In this document: piece by piece, positions 49,460 through 59,399 of the stretch
How positions within the stretch are numbered: the first letter of the stretch is position 1
How the letters are laid out: each line of letters opens with the position of its first letter
Assembly: GCA_001793235.1 (NCBI GenBank)
Contig: MGHM01000020.1
Coordinates: 33,677-97,676, forward strand
Origin: Candidatus Woesebacteria bacterium RIFCSPLOWO2_01_FULL_44_24b
GTDB taxonomy: Bacteria; Patescibacteriota; Microgenomatia; UBA8517
Direction of reading: 5' to 3'
Length of the DNA stretch: 64,000 nucleotides
Program-made: the position numbers and the translations under genes
Notes under the pieces: model-generated
Database searches by the model: none
Told to the model about the DNA's origin: nothing
What the model saw: the letters and a program-made list of their open reading frames with translations, nothing else

Positions 49460-51163
49460 TCAACCTCTCTGCAACTTATACAATTTTTTTATCTCTACCA
49501 AAGTTGTGGCTTGGTTTACCGACTTATCGTCACGGAACTTGACCAGTCTTGGGAACCTAAGTGCCAAGCCTGCCGTATGTTTTGGAGATTTTGTGAGCTC
49601 ATCAGCTGCCAACTCCACCACAACCTCAGGCTTTACCCAAAAGTCGGGGGTCAAGTCTTTATGAACTTCATATTCTTTGGGTTTTTCATGAGTTACCAAA
49701 TTTTTTAGCCTATTATTTAACTCTTTAAATTGCTCATCGGTAAGCCCTGTTCCAACTTTTGTAATAGTTAGTATTTTGTCATTACTCCTGACTCCAGCCA
49801 AAAACTGGCCAATGCCAAAGCTGGCCCTCTTTCCACGTCCTTGAGTGTAGCCCATAATAACCGCATCCACCGTATCCGCAAGCTTACCACTGGCCTCTTC
49901 AACCTCTTTGATTTTTACCCAGCGCCAGCCGGTTCTGCCCGGAATATAGCCGCTTTCTGCTTTTTTGACCATGGCTCCCTCAAGTCCGCTTTTTAAAAGT
50001 TCCGAATGTCTGGCACGAATTTTTTCCGCTTCTGTTGTAAGTAAAAAATCGTCTACAACAAAGACTTTATTTGGCTTTAAAATATCCTTGAGGGTTTCTC
50101 GTCTAGTCTCATAGTTCTCGCCCATCACATTTCTTCCACCCACGAGCATCACATCAAAAATTTGAAAAGTGAGTGGAGTTTTCTTTGCGTTTTCAGCTAT
50201 ATCGTGTTTCCTGCGCCTATTCATTGTTACCTGAAAGTCCGCCATCTTCATTGTTTCAGCGTCCAGCCCCACAGCTTCGGAGTCCAGGATCGCGCTCTCG
50301 ACTTTCAAATACTTACCAACATCATTAAGCTCCGGAAACATTTCAGAGATATCATTTAAATTTCTGGTATAAGCACGAACTGGCTTACCTTTTTGATAGT
50401 GAATTTGGACTCTGAGCCCATCAAACTTGGGCTCCACCGCAACCTTGCCCATTTTTTTGACCATCTCATCGGCACTTTTGAGCCGCTGTGGCAGTGCCGG
50501 CATTATAGGCACCCCAACCACCGGTTTAACATTTTTGCTTGCCTTATCAACCCCGCCTTTTTTTACTTCCTGAGCCAGTTTGCCAACATCGGGCAATACT
50601 TGATAGGCTGACTCAAGCATTTTAGACTTGGATTTATCCCCTGTCTCCATCCAGGACAGGGCATCAAGAATAGTCTTGTCCGAAAACCCAAGGCGTAAAT
50701 TTCCCACCGGAATCCTGGCCACGAACTTGGCACTCAGGGGGTCGAGTTTCTTAAGCAAAGCCGCGGTCGCGCCCATTTTTCTCTCCTGGCTTCCCTCTCC
50801 TTCATCTTGCGCAATTTTGACAAGCTCGGCATAAACTTCATTTACAGTAAGATTACACTTCCTGTCTGGAGCCAGTTTATATGCCACAGCCCCAAGATCT
50901 CCTGCAGCTTTATACTGTTTTAGTATTTCCTCCTGGGCTACGCCATAAGCTCTCGAGATAATCTTGATCATCATTCGCTCAGCCAGATTGAAAACTATGC
51001 CTTTATAACTTGGGGCGAGTGTTCCGAGCGAAAGATAAACGGCTTTGTCAATTTCATCAGCCGAAATCTCATTAAAAAGCTCGGCTAGAATTTTGGTTAT
51101 TTCAATTCTCGATGAAGTACGCTCTAGCCTTTCAAAATATTCTGAAAGTTGACTCACTTTCAT
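49460..51163 (-). CDS. lig: ATP-dependent DNA ligase
   Basis: EPKFDGLR, EGAMVK, WVKIK, LRFPR; N-terminal DNA-binding domain. Confidence 0.94.
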   Translation of the reverse strand: MKVSQLSEYFERLERTSSRIEITKILAELFNEISADEIDKAVYLSLGTLAPSYKGIVFNLAERMMIKIISRAYGVAQEEILKQYKAAGDLGAVAYKLAPDRKCNLTVNEVYAELVKIAQDEGEGSQERKMGATAALLKKLDPLSAKFVARIPVGNLRLGFSDKTILDALSWMETGDKSKSKMLESAYQVLPDVGKLAQEVKKGGVDKASKNVKPVVGVPIMPALPQRLKSADEMVKKMGKVAVEPKFDGLRVQIHYQKGKPVRAYTRNLNDISEMFPELNDVGKYLKVESAILDSEAVGLDAETMKMADFQVTMNRRRKHDIAENAKKTPLTFQIFDVMLVGGRNVMGENYETRRETLKDILKPNKVFVVDDFLLTTEAEKIRARHSELLKSGLEGAMVKKAESGYIPGRTGWRWVKIKEVEEASGKLADTVDAVIMGYTQGRGKRASFGIGQFLAGVRSNDKILTITKVGTGLTDEQFKELNNRLKNLVTHEKPKEYEVHKDLTPDFWVKPEVVVELAADELTKSPKHTAGLALRFPRLVKFRDDKSVNQATTLVEIKKLYKLQRG

Positions 51164-51363
51164 ACGTTTTCCCTAATATACGTGGAGAAAAATACAAATG
51201 CAAATACTACCACTCCAATGAAAGCAACGCCAAAAAGAAGACTAATAAGGCCGTGCCACTCGTGGTGCACTACTTTGTTCAAGCCCTCTCCCACCAAAGT
51301 CAACCCAAAAAGTGTGGGCAGAACCAAAATCATATATAAAAATTGTGGGTCAGTTGGAATCAT
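51160..51363 (-). CDS. Small two-TM protein
   Basis: Abuts the Fic gene and overlaps the ligase gene. Confidence 0.7.
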   Translation of the reverse strand: MIPTDPQFLYMILVLPTLFGLTLVGEGLNKVVHHEWHGLISLLFGVAFIGVVVFAFVFFSTYIRENV

Positions 51364-52425
51364 TTAATGCTTCAGCACATACCTCGCAGCCTTCGTGCTC
51401 CCCTCTTTACCTATTATATTCTTGTTTAGTAGGTCTTTTAAATCCCTCAATATTGTATCCTCCGAAATCATGGGCATAATATCCTTCAAATCCTTCATAA
51501 TCGCCTTCCCGTGGTCCGACAAATACTCAATGAGCTTCATCTGCCGTGCGGAAAGAGCAACCTGTTCACCTATTTTGACCCTCATCCTGGAGTCTACAGA
51601 CAATTGTCTCACCTTGTCTTTGATTTTGGTAAGCTCAATTGCGACAAGACCTATAAAATACTCGAGCCAGGCAGTCAGGTCGCGGGTAGAAATTTCGCCC
51701 CCTTGCGAGTCAACCTTAAAGAATGCCGTGTAATAGGCTGCCAAGTCGCGGTCCAAGTGCTCCTCCAAGGCAAAGAAGCGTTTAATATCGTAGCCTTCTT
51801 TGAGCATCACAAGAGTACTGAAAGCACGCACGGTCCGGCCATTCCCCTCTATAAAGGGGTGAATGGTGACCATCACATAATGAGTTATGCCAGCTTTAAT
51901 AACAGGGTGGACGTCAATAGCCTCCTGCGAGTTGAGCCAATTCATAAAGTCGGCAATCAAATAAGGCACTTCTACCGCAGGCGGGGGCGTAAATATCACC
52001 TTACCCGTTCCCTGTTCCTTAATTACCACCTGAGTGGTCCTAAAAACTCCGGCGCGCGCGGGCTCTACAATTTTGTCAACTGTGTTTTTGTGAATATCAA
52101 GCAAAGACTCGACGTCATACCCGCCTCGCTTGGCGGCAAGCTCGTCCAAGAGTGTTACCACGTTTCTATAATTAATAACCTCCTGAATATCACGATCGCG
52201 AGCCACCACCGCCTCACCTTCCAAAACCTGTTTAGTCTGAAGAAGGGTCAAGTCGTTGCCCTCTATCTGGGTTCCATGGTAAACAGTCCGGACAATCGCA
52301 TCGGACTTGAAGTCTTTTACATAGTCCGGCACTAAGGGCGCATTTTCGATTACATCCTTTGCTGCCTCAACTTGGCCTATACTTTTCAGAATACTGTTTG
52401 TGATAATAAACTTTGGTGAATACAC
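51364..52425 (-). CDS. Fic family protein with C-terminal HTH
   Basis: HPFIEGNGRTVR; GTQIEGN inhibitory-type motif. Confidence 0.92.
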   Translation of the reverse strand: MYSPKFIITNSILKSIGQVEAAKDVIENAPLVPDYVKDFKSDAIVRTVYHGTQIEGNDLTLLQTKQVLEGEAVVARDRDIQEVINYRNVVTLLDELAAKRGGYDVESLLDIHKNTVDKIVEPARAGVFRTTQVVIKEQGTGKVIFTPPPAVEVPYLIADFMNWLNSQEAIDVHPVIKAGITHYVMVTIHPFIEGNGRTVRAFSTLVMLKEGYDIKRFFALEEHLDRDLAAYYTAFFKVDSQGGEISTRDLTAWLEYFIGLVAIELTKIKDKVRQLSVDSRMRVKIGEQVALSARQMKLIEYLSDHGKAIMKDLKDIMPMISEDTILRDLKDLLNKNIIGKEGSTKAARYVLKH

Positions 52426-52466
52426 CGTAGCTAATTATCGCAAATTCTGCGGAGAAAACAAGTCGC

Positions 52467-52958
52467 TTATTCTACAGGAGTTAAAAGGAATTTGTGAAGA
52501 AAGACTATTTCCTCATTATAAAGTATTTGTTCTCGACCAATCATCAGGTTAAATTCCTGTTCATCGCTTTCAATATCGTAGCCATACAGCCATTTTCTAT
52601 CTTCTGACTCGTAATTAAATACTGTTTCTAGACGTGTCTGATCCAGTCCTTTTTCTATTGCTTCTGTTCTGAATTCACTTATTTGTTTTCTGGTAATTCC
52701 TAGTTGCAGCAGTGTTTCGTCATCCAAAGTACCCCCGGCATAAAGTCGTGTATATCTTTTGTCGCCGGCTTGCACTATCTCTTGGCCACCACCTGACCTT
52801 TTACCAATCCACTCGTCGTGGTAGTTTCCTTCTGGGCCTCGATAATCACTTGAACTAAAAAGAAATGCTCCTCTTTCAGTCGTCAGAACATTAGTATCGT
52901 TGATATAACCACTTAGAAGTCCCTTGGTTAAAATATCTTTTATCTCCGGTGAAATCAT
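52467..52958 (-). CDS. Hypothetical protein (DUF5680-like)
   Basis: YHDEW...GGQEIV...YAGG pattern. Confidence 0.55.
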   Translation of the reverse strand: MISPEIKDILTKGLLSGYINDTNVLTTERGAFLFSSSDYRGPEGNYHDEWIGKRSGGGQEIVQAGDKRYTRLYAGGTLDDETLLQLGITRKQISEFRTEAIEKGLDQTRLETVFNYESEDRKWLYGYDIESDEQEFNLMIGREQILYNEEIVFLHKFLLTPVE

Positions 52959-52972
52959 TAAACGATTATAAT

Positions 52973-53812
52973 CTAGGCCGTCAATTTATACAATGTTTCT
53001 GGAATTATATTGGCCAAGTCATCGGCGTTGTAATAAACCCCCTGCTTTTTATAAAGCGCGTCCCCTGCGGCTTTTGTAACATACGCCGCCGAAGTGGCCG
53101 CAAGCATTGGCTCATTTTTGGCCAAAAGCCCAACAGTCAGCCCGGCCATCGCATCCCCAGTTCCCCCCTTGGTCATGCCCGGATTTCCACCATGAACCTC
53201 AAAGCGCTCATTAGACGAATACACATAAGTAACCGGACCCTTCAAAACTATAATACAGTCATATTTTTTAGAAGCTTCATCGGGGTTCAAATCTCCAAAA
53301 AGTATTTTGTATTCTTTTTTATTCGGAGTAACAATTGCGCCTTTTGGAATCCACTCTGGCTCCATAACTTGCAGGCTCCCGCCGTCTACTACCCACTTTT
53401 TGTTCGGAAACTTATCCAAAAGCTCCTGAGTTATCTTTCTTGAAACATTATATGCCTTATCTGAGGCATTACTTGGCCCCGTATTCGCCTTTTCGTTATG
53501 TGCCCTCATGAAGCCGGGACCAATCAACACAGCATCGGATTTCTTAATATAGTCTTCAACTTCGCCAAATGGGACCCAAATAAAGTTAAAAAGTCTAGAC
53601 TTTAAGTTTGCCGCCACGTCTCGAAGGGACTTCTCGGGGGAACTGAAAAAAACCATATCCACGACACGAGATGCGGACTGGACCGCAAAAAATGGTGCGC
53701 CATGAAAGAGGCTAGAACCGCCAATTATAACTACCTGGCCATTATCCTCTCCAGAAGAATTTTTATCCGGCCTGTATAATCCCCTAAGCTCACTCGCGGC
53801 AAACTTTCTCAT
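52973..53812 (-). CDS. nnrD: ADP-dependent NAD(P)H-hydrate dehydratase
   Basis: IIGGS, IGPG, TPNKKE, LKG, GGTGD. Confidence 0.9.
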   Translation of the reverse strand: MRKFAASELRGLYRPDKNSSGEDNGQVVIIGGSSLFHGAPFFAVQSASRVVDMVFFSSPEKSLRDVAANLKSRLFNFIWVPFGEVEDYIKKSDAVLIGPGFMRAHNEKANTGPSNASDKAYNVSRKITQELLDKFPNKKWVVDGGSLQVMEPEWIPKGAIVTPNKKEYKILFGDLNPDEASKKYDCIIVLKGPVTYVYSSNERFEVHGGNPGMTKGGTGDAMAGLTVGLLAKNEPMLAATSAAYVTKAAGDALYKKQGVYYNADDLANIIPETLYKLTA

Positions 53813-53841
53813 CAATATACTTTAACTCACGCGGCTAGACT

Positions 53842-54042
53842 TTAATAGTCAACTCCGTACCTTTTAACACCAATGGGCTCCTCCAGAAGTTTCCTGGCTT
53901 CAGGACTATAGTGTCCATAATTTCTCTTCTGAGGCGGAAGAAATTTCTCATTCACTACTAACTCTCCTGATTCTTCGTCTTCAACAAACATCTCGTCTAT
54001 AAAGGTTGGTAATTCTAGTTTTTGCTCACCTTCCGGACCCAT
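53842..54042 (-). CDS. Small hypothetical protein
   Basis: 66-aa acidic ORF. Confidence 0.45.
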   Translation of the reverse strand: MGPEGEQKLELPTFIDEMFVEDEESGELVVNEKFLPPQKRNYGHYSPEARKLLEEPIGVKRYGVDY

Positions 54043-54095
54043 ACCTATAGTTTACTATTTCAGGTTAATTTTGACAATGTGGCTATAATTTGCCT

Positions 54096-54572
54096 ATGTC
54101 GAAAGTTGAATCTATTTCTCAAACTCCTGATTTTGAACTAAATGCTCAGGGTTTCGTACACGAAATAAGTAAATTCACAATCATACAACCTTGGTGGGAA
54201 CATGTAGTACCCATCGGAGAACCAGTCGTTGTATGGGCGGAATATAAGGATGATATAAAAATAAGAGAACTTCAATACATTGAAAACTTCCTAAGAAACA
54301 TAGACGAACCGAAAGCTGCAGACCATGTAAGCGAAATAATGTCTGAACTAGAAGAATTTTCGGAAAAATGTCGCCTTATCTCTGTACATATAAGCGGACC
54401 TGAGATCACAAGACTCAATAAAGCCATTCAAAAAGTAGATGATTTAGCAGAAAGATATGGTGGTAAAAAAGACCTAGAATTGTCTAGAATCAACACAGAC
54501 ACGGGCATCAAGGGGCTCTGGCGTGTTTCTAATATCTATATCTTTGGAGAGACGGAATATCCACGTAGTTAA
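54096..54572 (+). CDS. Hypothetical protein
   Basis: TATAAT 6 nt before the ATG at 54096. Confidence 0.6.
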   Translation: MSKVESISQTPDFELNAQGFVHEISKFTIIQPWWEHVVPIGEPVVVWAEYKDDIKIRELQYIENFLRNIDEPKAADHVSEIMSELEEFSEKCRLISVHISGPEITRLNKAIQKVDDLAERYGGKKDLELSRINTDTGIKGLWRVSNIYIFGETEYPRS

Positions 54573-55609
54573 AGAGTTATTTTATTAACTCCCTTAAAAT
54601 CTTCAACAAAATGAGGGTCTGCTGAAGTAATAACAGTCTGTTGATTCCGGGAAATTTCGGAGACTATTTTTCTGTGCTCATGGTCAAGCTCCGAAAAAAT
54701 ATCATCCAGCAAAAGTGTTGGTTTTTCATGAGTTTTTGCCTCAACAAATGCTAGCTCGGCAATTTTGAGCCACAAAACCCCCATTCGCTGCTCGCCCCGG
54801 GAGCCATATTTTGCCAAGTCTTTTCTATTTTTAAAAAAAATAATATCGTCCCGATGTGGCCCAACCAATGTTGTCGCCGCCGCAACTTCTTCAATTTTAT
54901 ACTCCAAGAGTCTCGACTCGGAAATGATGCTTTTGTCATAATTAACTTCATATTTTCCGTCATTTAAGTTCTCGGTGGAATTAATAAAACTTACAAGCTC
55001 CTCACGCTTTTGGGTTATATACTCGCCGTTTTTAATTAAGAGCTTATCCCAAAAATAAAGGTGTGAGCGCGAAATCCCCTCTTCTCGGATTCTCAATAGT
55101 AACCTGTTTCGACGTCTTAACCCCTTCTCATACGAAAGCGCGGCACGTCGGTATTCCCGGTCTACCTGCGAGAGCACGGAGTCCAAAAATTTTCTACGAA
55201 GCGATGGCGATTCGGTAACTAAGTCCAAGTCTTTGGGCATAAAAAGCACGGTCTTGAGTCTCCCGGCAAAGTCAATATGCCGTTTGCCAACACCATTTAC
55301 AAGAACTTTTTTCCTGGCGATACGCTCGCTCAAGTTTCCTCTTGTGATAACCCCACGAGTAAGAACCGCTTCAAGATTTGTTTTATCACTCAAAAGTCCT
55401 TTTGCCCTCGCAAGTTCTTTATCATAATTAATCATCTCTTCATCTATTCTGGCTTTGAAGCTTTTGCCGGTGGAGAGCAAATTTATGGCCTCCAAAATAT
55501 TGGTCTTTCCCGAAGCATTGGGGCCAATGATTACAGTGACGTCCTCAGAAAACTCCAACAGTTTGTCGTCAAAATTGCGAAAATCTTGTAATCTTACTTT
55601 CCGAAGCAT
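54569..55609 (-). CDS. recF: DNA replication/repair protein RecF
   Basis: FRN, GPNASGKTN, GPHRDD, SRGEQR, LLLDDIFSELD. Confidence 0.95.
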   Translation of the reverse strand: MLRKVRLQDFRNFDDKLLEFSEDVTVIIGPNASGKTNILEAINLLSTGKSFKARIDEEMINYDKELARAKGLLSDKTNLEAVLTRGVITRGNLSERIARKKVLVNGVGKRHIDFAGRLKTVLFMPKDLDLVTESPSLRRKFLDSVLSQVDREYRRAALSYEKGLRRRNRLLLRIREEGISRSHLYFWDKLLIKNGEYITQKREELVSFINSTENLNDGKYEVNYDKSIISESRLLEYKIEEVAAATTLVGPHRDDIIFFKNRKDLAKYGSRGEQRMGVLWLKIAELAFVEAKTHEKPTLLLDDIFSELDHEHRKIVSEISRNQQTVITSADPHFVEDFKGVNKITL

Positions 55610-56461
55610 TTAAATTTTTTGGCAATGCGGGCAGTAGTAAGTCCCTCGGCCACCTAAGGCGATCTTTTTGAATCTATCTTTTTTGCATCTTGTACACAAA
55701 GCACCTTGCTTGCCATAGGCCAGAAAGTACTTTTGATAACTCCCTTCGCCACCGTCCGGAGTAACAAACGCAAGCTCGCTTGCTCCCCCGGCCTCTATTC
55801 CCTTTTTCAAAACTTTTTCTATAGATTTAAAAAGCTGAGTTTGTTCACTTAAACTTAAGCTGTTCGCGGCTCTTCCGGGGTGGACTTTAGCATCCCACAA
55901 GGCATCATTGGCATAAATATTTCCAACTCCCCCCATTTTGCTCTGGTCCATTAAAACCACTTTCACCTGCCTTTTTGTTTTCCCCAAAATTTCTTTGAAA
56001 GTTTTCAAGTCCAGCTTGCCAAAAGGTTCCGGGCCCAATTTTTTAATAAAGCCAAACTCTTCTACATCTTTGGTTTTGGTTAGCTTTATCCAGCCAAAAC
56101 GGCGGATGTCGTTGTAATACAAAAAACCTTTATTGTCTAATTTAAAAATTACATGAGTGTGCCCGCCTGGAACTCCACCGGAAACTTTCTTGGACAAAGC
56201 CGGGTGTTTTACAAGTTTTGGCCCTCTGTAAATAAACTGGCCGGTTAGCTTTATATGAGTTACCGTGGAGTATCCATTATCAAAATCAAAAACCAAAACC
56301 TTGCCGAACCTTCTAATGCTTTTGAATTTTGCGCCAACTATTGGCGTAAAGTCATCAGGTGCAACTTTTTTGTTTTTGACTTCAACATCCATTACTTCAT
56401 GGCCAACGACAAATTTTTCAAGTTGATTTCTAATTGCTTGGACTTCAGGAAGTTCCGGCAT
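55610..56461 (-). CDS. mutM: Formamidopyrimidine-DNA glycosylase
   Basis: MPELPEV, GVGNIYA, C-terminal zinc finger. Confidence 0.95.
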   Translation of the reverse strand: MPELPEVQAIRNQLEKFVVGHEVMDVEVKNKKVAPDDFTPIVGAKFKSIRRFGKVLVFDFDNGYSTVTHIKLTGQFIYRGPKLVKHPALSKKVSGGVPGGHTHVIFKLDNKGFLYYNDIRRFGWIKLTKTKDVEEFGFIKKLGPEPFGKLDLKTFKEILGKTKRQVKVVLMDQSKMGGVGNIYANDALWDAKVHPGRAANSLSLSEQTQLFKSIEKVLKKGIEAGGASELAFVTPDGGEGSYQKYFLAYGKQGALCTRCKKDRFKKIALGGRGTYYCPHCQKI

Positions 56462-57545
56462 ATTTTTGTATTATACTCCTAACTTCATTCTCAAATCTCT
56501 CTTTGCTAAATTTCTTTGCGTGATTCCTGATAACATCTTTATTCCACTTTATCTTTTCTGACTTCTTAATGGCCTTAGCAATTGCCTCAGTGGTTAATTC
56601 ATTGAAGAATAAACCAGTCTTTCCTTCCACCACGCTTTCCAAATAGCCTTCTGCACGAAACGCAATAGTTGGCGTTCCGTAACTTGCGGCTTCCAAGGGA
56701 GTCATGCCAAAGTCCTCATCTTTCTGGGCAACTATGAAAGCATTTGCATTTGTGTACAAATTGGCTAACTCATCATCTGAAACTCGCCCAAGGAACTCAA
56801 CTTTATTACTCGCAATTTTTCTTAAGTTTTTTTCTTCAACCCCTGAGCCAAAAATCTTCAATTTAACATCAGCTTTTTTACAAGCTTTGATAATTAAATC
56901 AAAATTTTTAGTCCTCACCATTCTGCCGCCGGTTAAATAATGTGTAGAATGTAGCATGTAGGATGTAGCATGGGGAGATTCAATAGGCGGATACACAACA
57001 GCGTAATCCTTGCGCCTGTAAAACTTCTCAATTCGCCTGCCAACATTTTTAGAGTTTGCAATAAAATATGTCACTTTTTGAGCCTGAGTAAAGTCATACA
57101 TTCTCATAAAGTGATTGACGACCAAAGCGTAAATTTTGACAGCACCGGCAAACCACAAACTTTGCCAGTCGCGTGAAGTGTCATATCCCCACAAATATCT
57201 TGGCGGCGTATGAAGGTAACAAATCTCTTTTTTAGCGCCCTTCATGCCCTTGGTTACAGCCCAAGAGGCGCTTGTTATCACTAAATCATATTTTGAAAAG
57301 TTGAAACTATTCCAAACCAAGGGAACCAAAAACCGCAAAGGAGAAATAAGTTTATCTGCAAAAGGCAAATACGAAAACCAAGACTGAATTATTTTTTTAT
57401 CTTTAAATTCTTTCCCACATGGAGAGTCTTTTTTAAAATAAATTGTATAAATTGGAGCCTTGGGATAAATCTCAGAAAGCGCCAAAAGCACTCTCTCCGC
57501 TCCCCCAAATTCGTTTAGATAATCGTGTACCAGTGCAATTCGCAT
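56445..57545 (-). CDS. GT4 glycosyltransferase
   Basis: HDYL..FGGAERV, EDFGMTPLEA; ATG at 57545. Confidence 0.92.
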   Translation of the reverse strand: MRIALVHDYLNEFGGAERVLLALSEIYPKAPIYTIYFKKDSPCGKEFKDKKIIQSWFSYLPFADKLISPLRFLVPLVWNSFNFSKYDLVITSASWAVTKGMKGAKKEICYLHTPPRYLWGYDTSRDWQSLWFAGAVKIYALVVNHFMRMYDFTQAQKVTYFIANSKNVGRRIEKFYRRKDYAVVYPPIESPHATSYMLHSTHYLTGGRMVRTKNFDLIIKACKKADVKLKIFGSGVEEKNLRKIASNKVEFLGRVSDDELANLYTNANAFIVAQKDEDFGMTPLEAASYGTPTIAFRAEGYLESVVEGKTGLFFNELTTEAIAKAIKKSEKIKWNKDVIRNHAKKFSKERFENEVRSIIQKYAGTS

Positions 57546-57548
57546 ACA

Positions 57549-57978
57549 TGTAGAATGTAGCATGTAGAACGTAGAATGGGAATTATTCCTTGTTCCGAAT
57601 GCTTTTAATCAAACCCGTTAATAACTTGTGAACTGTTACTGTTAATTCTGCGGTCTCTTCAAACTTATCTTTCTTCAAATAACCCAAATCTTTAGAAATA
57701 AGAAGCTGGTTTTGAAGCTCGGACAATGAACCTTGAGCCATGTAATAAAATTGCATCTTTTCCTGTTTGCCTCTTCTTCCAAAGCCTTCTGCAATATTGC
57801 TTGTTATCGAAACAGCAGCTCGTTGCATTTGATTCGTTAAAGAAAACCTCTCTTTTTCGGGAAACTGATTGGTAATTTTGTATATTATCAGGACCAGCTT
57901 ATGTCCTTCCCTCCACGCATTTAGCTCTGTAAATTTGGTGATTGTCCCCATGCTACATACTACTTTCTACTTGCTACA
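57549..57978. mobile_element. Candidate cassette: four-helix-bundle gene between inverted 4x heptamer arrays
   Basis: Arrays at 57549-57582 and 57945-57978 are mutually inverted. Confidence 0.6.
57583..57951 (-). CDS. Four helix bundle protein (23S rRNA IVP / bAvd-like family)
   Basis: FTELNAW, FPEKERFSLTNQMQRAAVSITSNIAEG, AQGSLSE. Confidence 0.93.
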   Translation of the reverse strand: MGTITKFTELNAWREGHKLVLIIYKITNQFPEKERFSLTNQMQRAAVSITSNIAEGFGRRGKQEKMQFYYMAQGSLSELQNQLLISKDLGYLKKDKFEETAELTVTVHKLLTGLIKSIRNKE

Positions 57979-58884
57979 TCAGAGCAGACTCATCTGTTTT
58001 TCCTCTTCTACTTTCTTCCCCACTTCTTTCACTCTTCGGCTTAATGTTCGAAAACCGTATTGTTCGAAAAGCTGTGTTACTTTATCCGAATCAAGCTGCC
58101 AAGACTTGGCTTTCCCCAAGTCAAAGTTAATATCAACATCCGTTACAATTTTTGCTAAGGTTTGTGATTGATAAGCCGAGTCTTTAAAAGTAGTTAGTTT
58201 TTCTTTAAGCTTTTCGGGCAGCTCGTCCAAATACTTATAAATATTATCTAAAGTTTTGTATTTTGCCAGAAGTGTGACCGCGGTTTTGGGACCAATACCG
58301 GGCACTCCTTTATAGTTGTCTGAAGGGTCCCCAACCAGTGCTTTAAAATCCACTATCTGCCCGGGCCCCACTCCCATTCGCTCAACGGTTTCTTTGACTC
58401 CAAACTCCTTGGCGTCCGTAAGACCCTTGAGAGGCATATACAAAAACGTCTCCCCTTTTTCATCAACAAGCTGGAGCATATCGCGGTCCCCGGTAATTAT
58501 TAAGGTTTTTATTTTGGCTTTTTTCACTTTCTCGGCAATGCTTCCGATAACATCATCCGCCTCAAAGCCTGCTTTATCATAAATCGGAATTCCCAGGGCA
58601 CGAATTACATTTTGAGCTTTTTCAAACTGAGTCGAAAGCGCCTCCTCCATTTCCGGTCTCTGTGCCTGATAACTTTCAAGAATCTTTTTTCTAAAAGTGG
58701 GTTCCGGGCGGTCAAAAGCAAAGATAATGTGCGTGGGGGCCACATCCTGAATAACTTTCAAAAGCATGGAAATAAGCCCATAAACGGCATTAATGGGCTC
58801 GCCGTTTCGAGCAGTTAACGGAGGCAGGGCATGATAAGCCCTGTGCATTATGGCGTTGCCGTCAAATAATACAAGTTTGTTCAT
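57979..58884 (-). CDS. 5'-3' exonuclease (PolA N-terminal domain only)
   Basis: DGNAIMHRAYHA, EADDVIG, GDRD, GDPSDN..GVPGIGPKTA; ends at 301 aa. Confidence 0.92.
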   Translation of the reverse strand: MNKLVLFDGNAIMHRAYHALPPLTARNGEPINAVYGLISMLLKVIQDVAPTHIIFAFDRPEPTFRKKILESYQAQRPEMEEALSTQFEKAQNVIRALGIPIYDKAGFEADDVIGSIAEKVKKAKIKTLIITGDRDMLQLVDEKGETFLYMPLKGLTDAKEFGVKETVERMGVGPGQIVDFKALVGDPSDNYKGVPGIGPKTAVTLLAKYKTLDNIYKYLDELPEKLKEKLTTFKDSAYQSQTLAKIVTDVDINFDLGKAKSWQLDSDKVTQLFEQYGFRTLSRRVKEVGKKVEEEKQMSLL

Positions 58885-59114
58885 TTTTCAGAACTTAATA
58901 ACTTAAAGTATTCTTCTCTTGAGATTTTAGCAGTTCTTAGATTATTTTGAACTATAAACGTGGGGACTTGTTTATACATTGGAATTAAAATGGGACGAAC
59001 AAAGCCTTTCTTTATATAAACTAGGTGATCTCCTTTTGTTCTTATGTATTTCCACCCTGATTTTTCAAACACTCCTGCAAGTTTTTTCCAATGAACTGGC
59101 GCAACATGAGGCAT
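58881..59114 (-). CDS. HicA-like toxin
   Basis: GW...RTKGDH...IP pattern. Confidence 0.85.
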   Translation of the reverse strand: MPHVAPVHWKKLAGVFEKSGWKYIRTKGDHLVYIKKGFVRPILIPMYKQVPTFIVQNNLRTAKISREEYFKLLSSEK

Positions 59115-59117
59115 TGA

Positions 59118-59399
59118 TTAATTGACAGCAGGAAATCTAAATGGTTCAAAAATAATTCGCGGAGACTTCCAATTTTTCTTCTCTTTCTCAAAACCTGCTT
59201 CTTCCAAAAGCTGATTTAATTTGCCTTTCTTTTCAGCTTCCTCAAGAACTATTTCAACTGCTTCGTGAAGGTTTTTCCGAGCTTTTTCTTCAGTCTTGCC
59301 ACATGAGCTTACATCGAGCTCGGGATTATATGCTACATACGGCGCTTCTTTTGAGCGCCCGTCATACATCATCTTTATTGTCATTGGTAGGTTTTGCAT
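59118..59399 (-). CDS. HicB-like antitoxin
   Basis: YVAYNPELDVSSCGKTEEKARKNLHEA. Confidence 0.85.
   Translation of the reverse strand: MQNLPMTIKMMYDGRSKEAPYVAYNPELDVSSCGKTEEKARKNLHEAVEIVLEEAEKKGKLNQLLEEAGFEKEKKNWKSPRIIFEPFRFPAVN

Noticed and set aside
57583-57951. Diversity-generating retroelement
   Set aside because: No reverse transcriptase or template/variable repeat pair seen in the window
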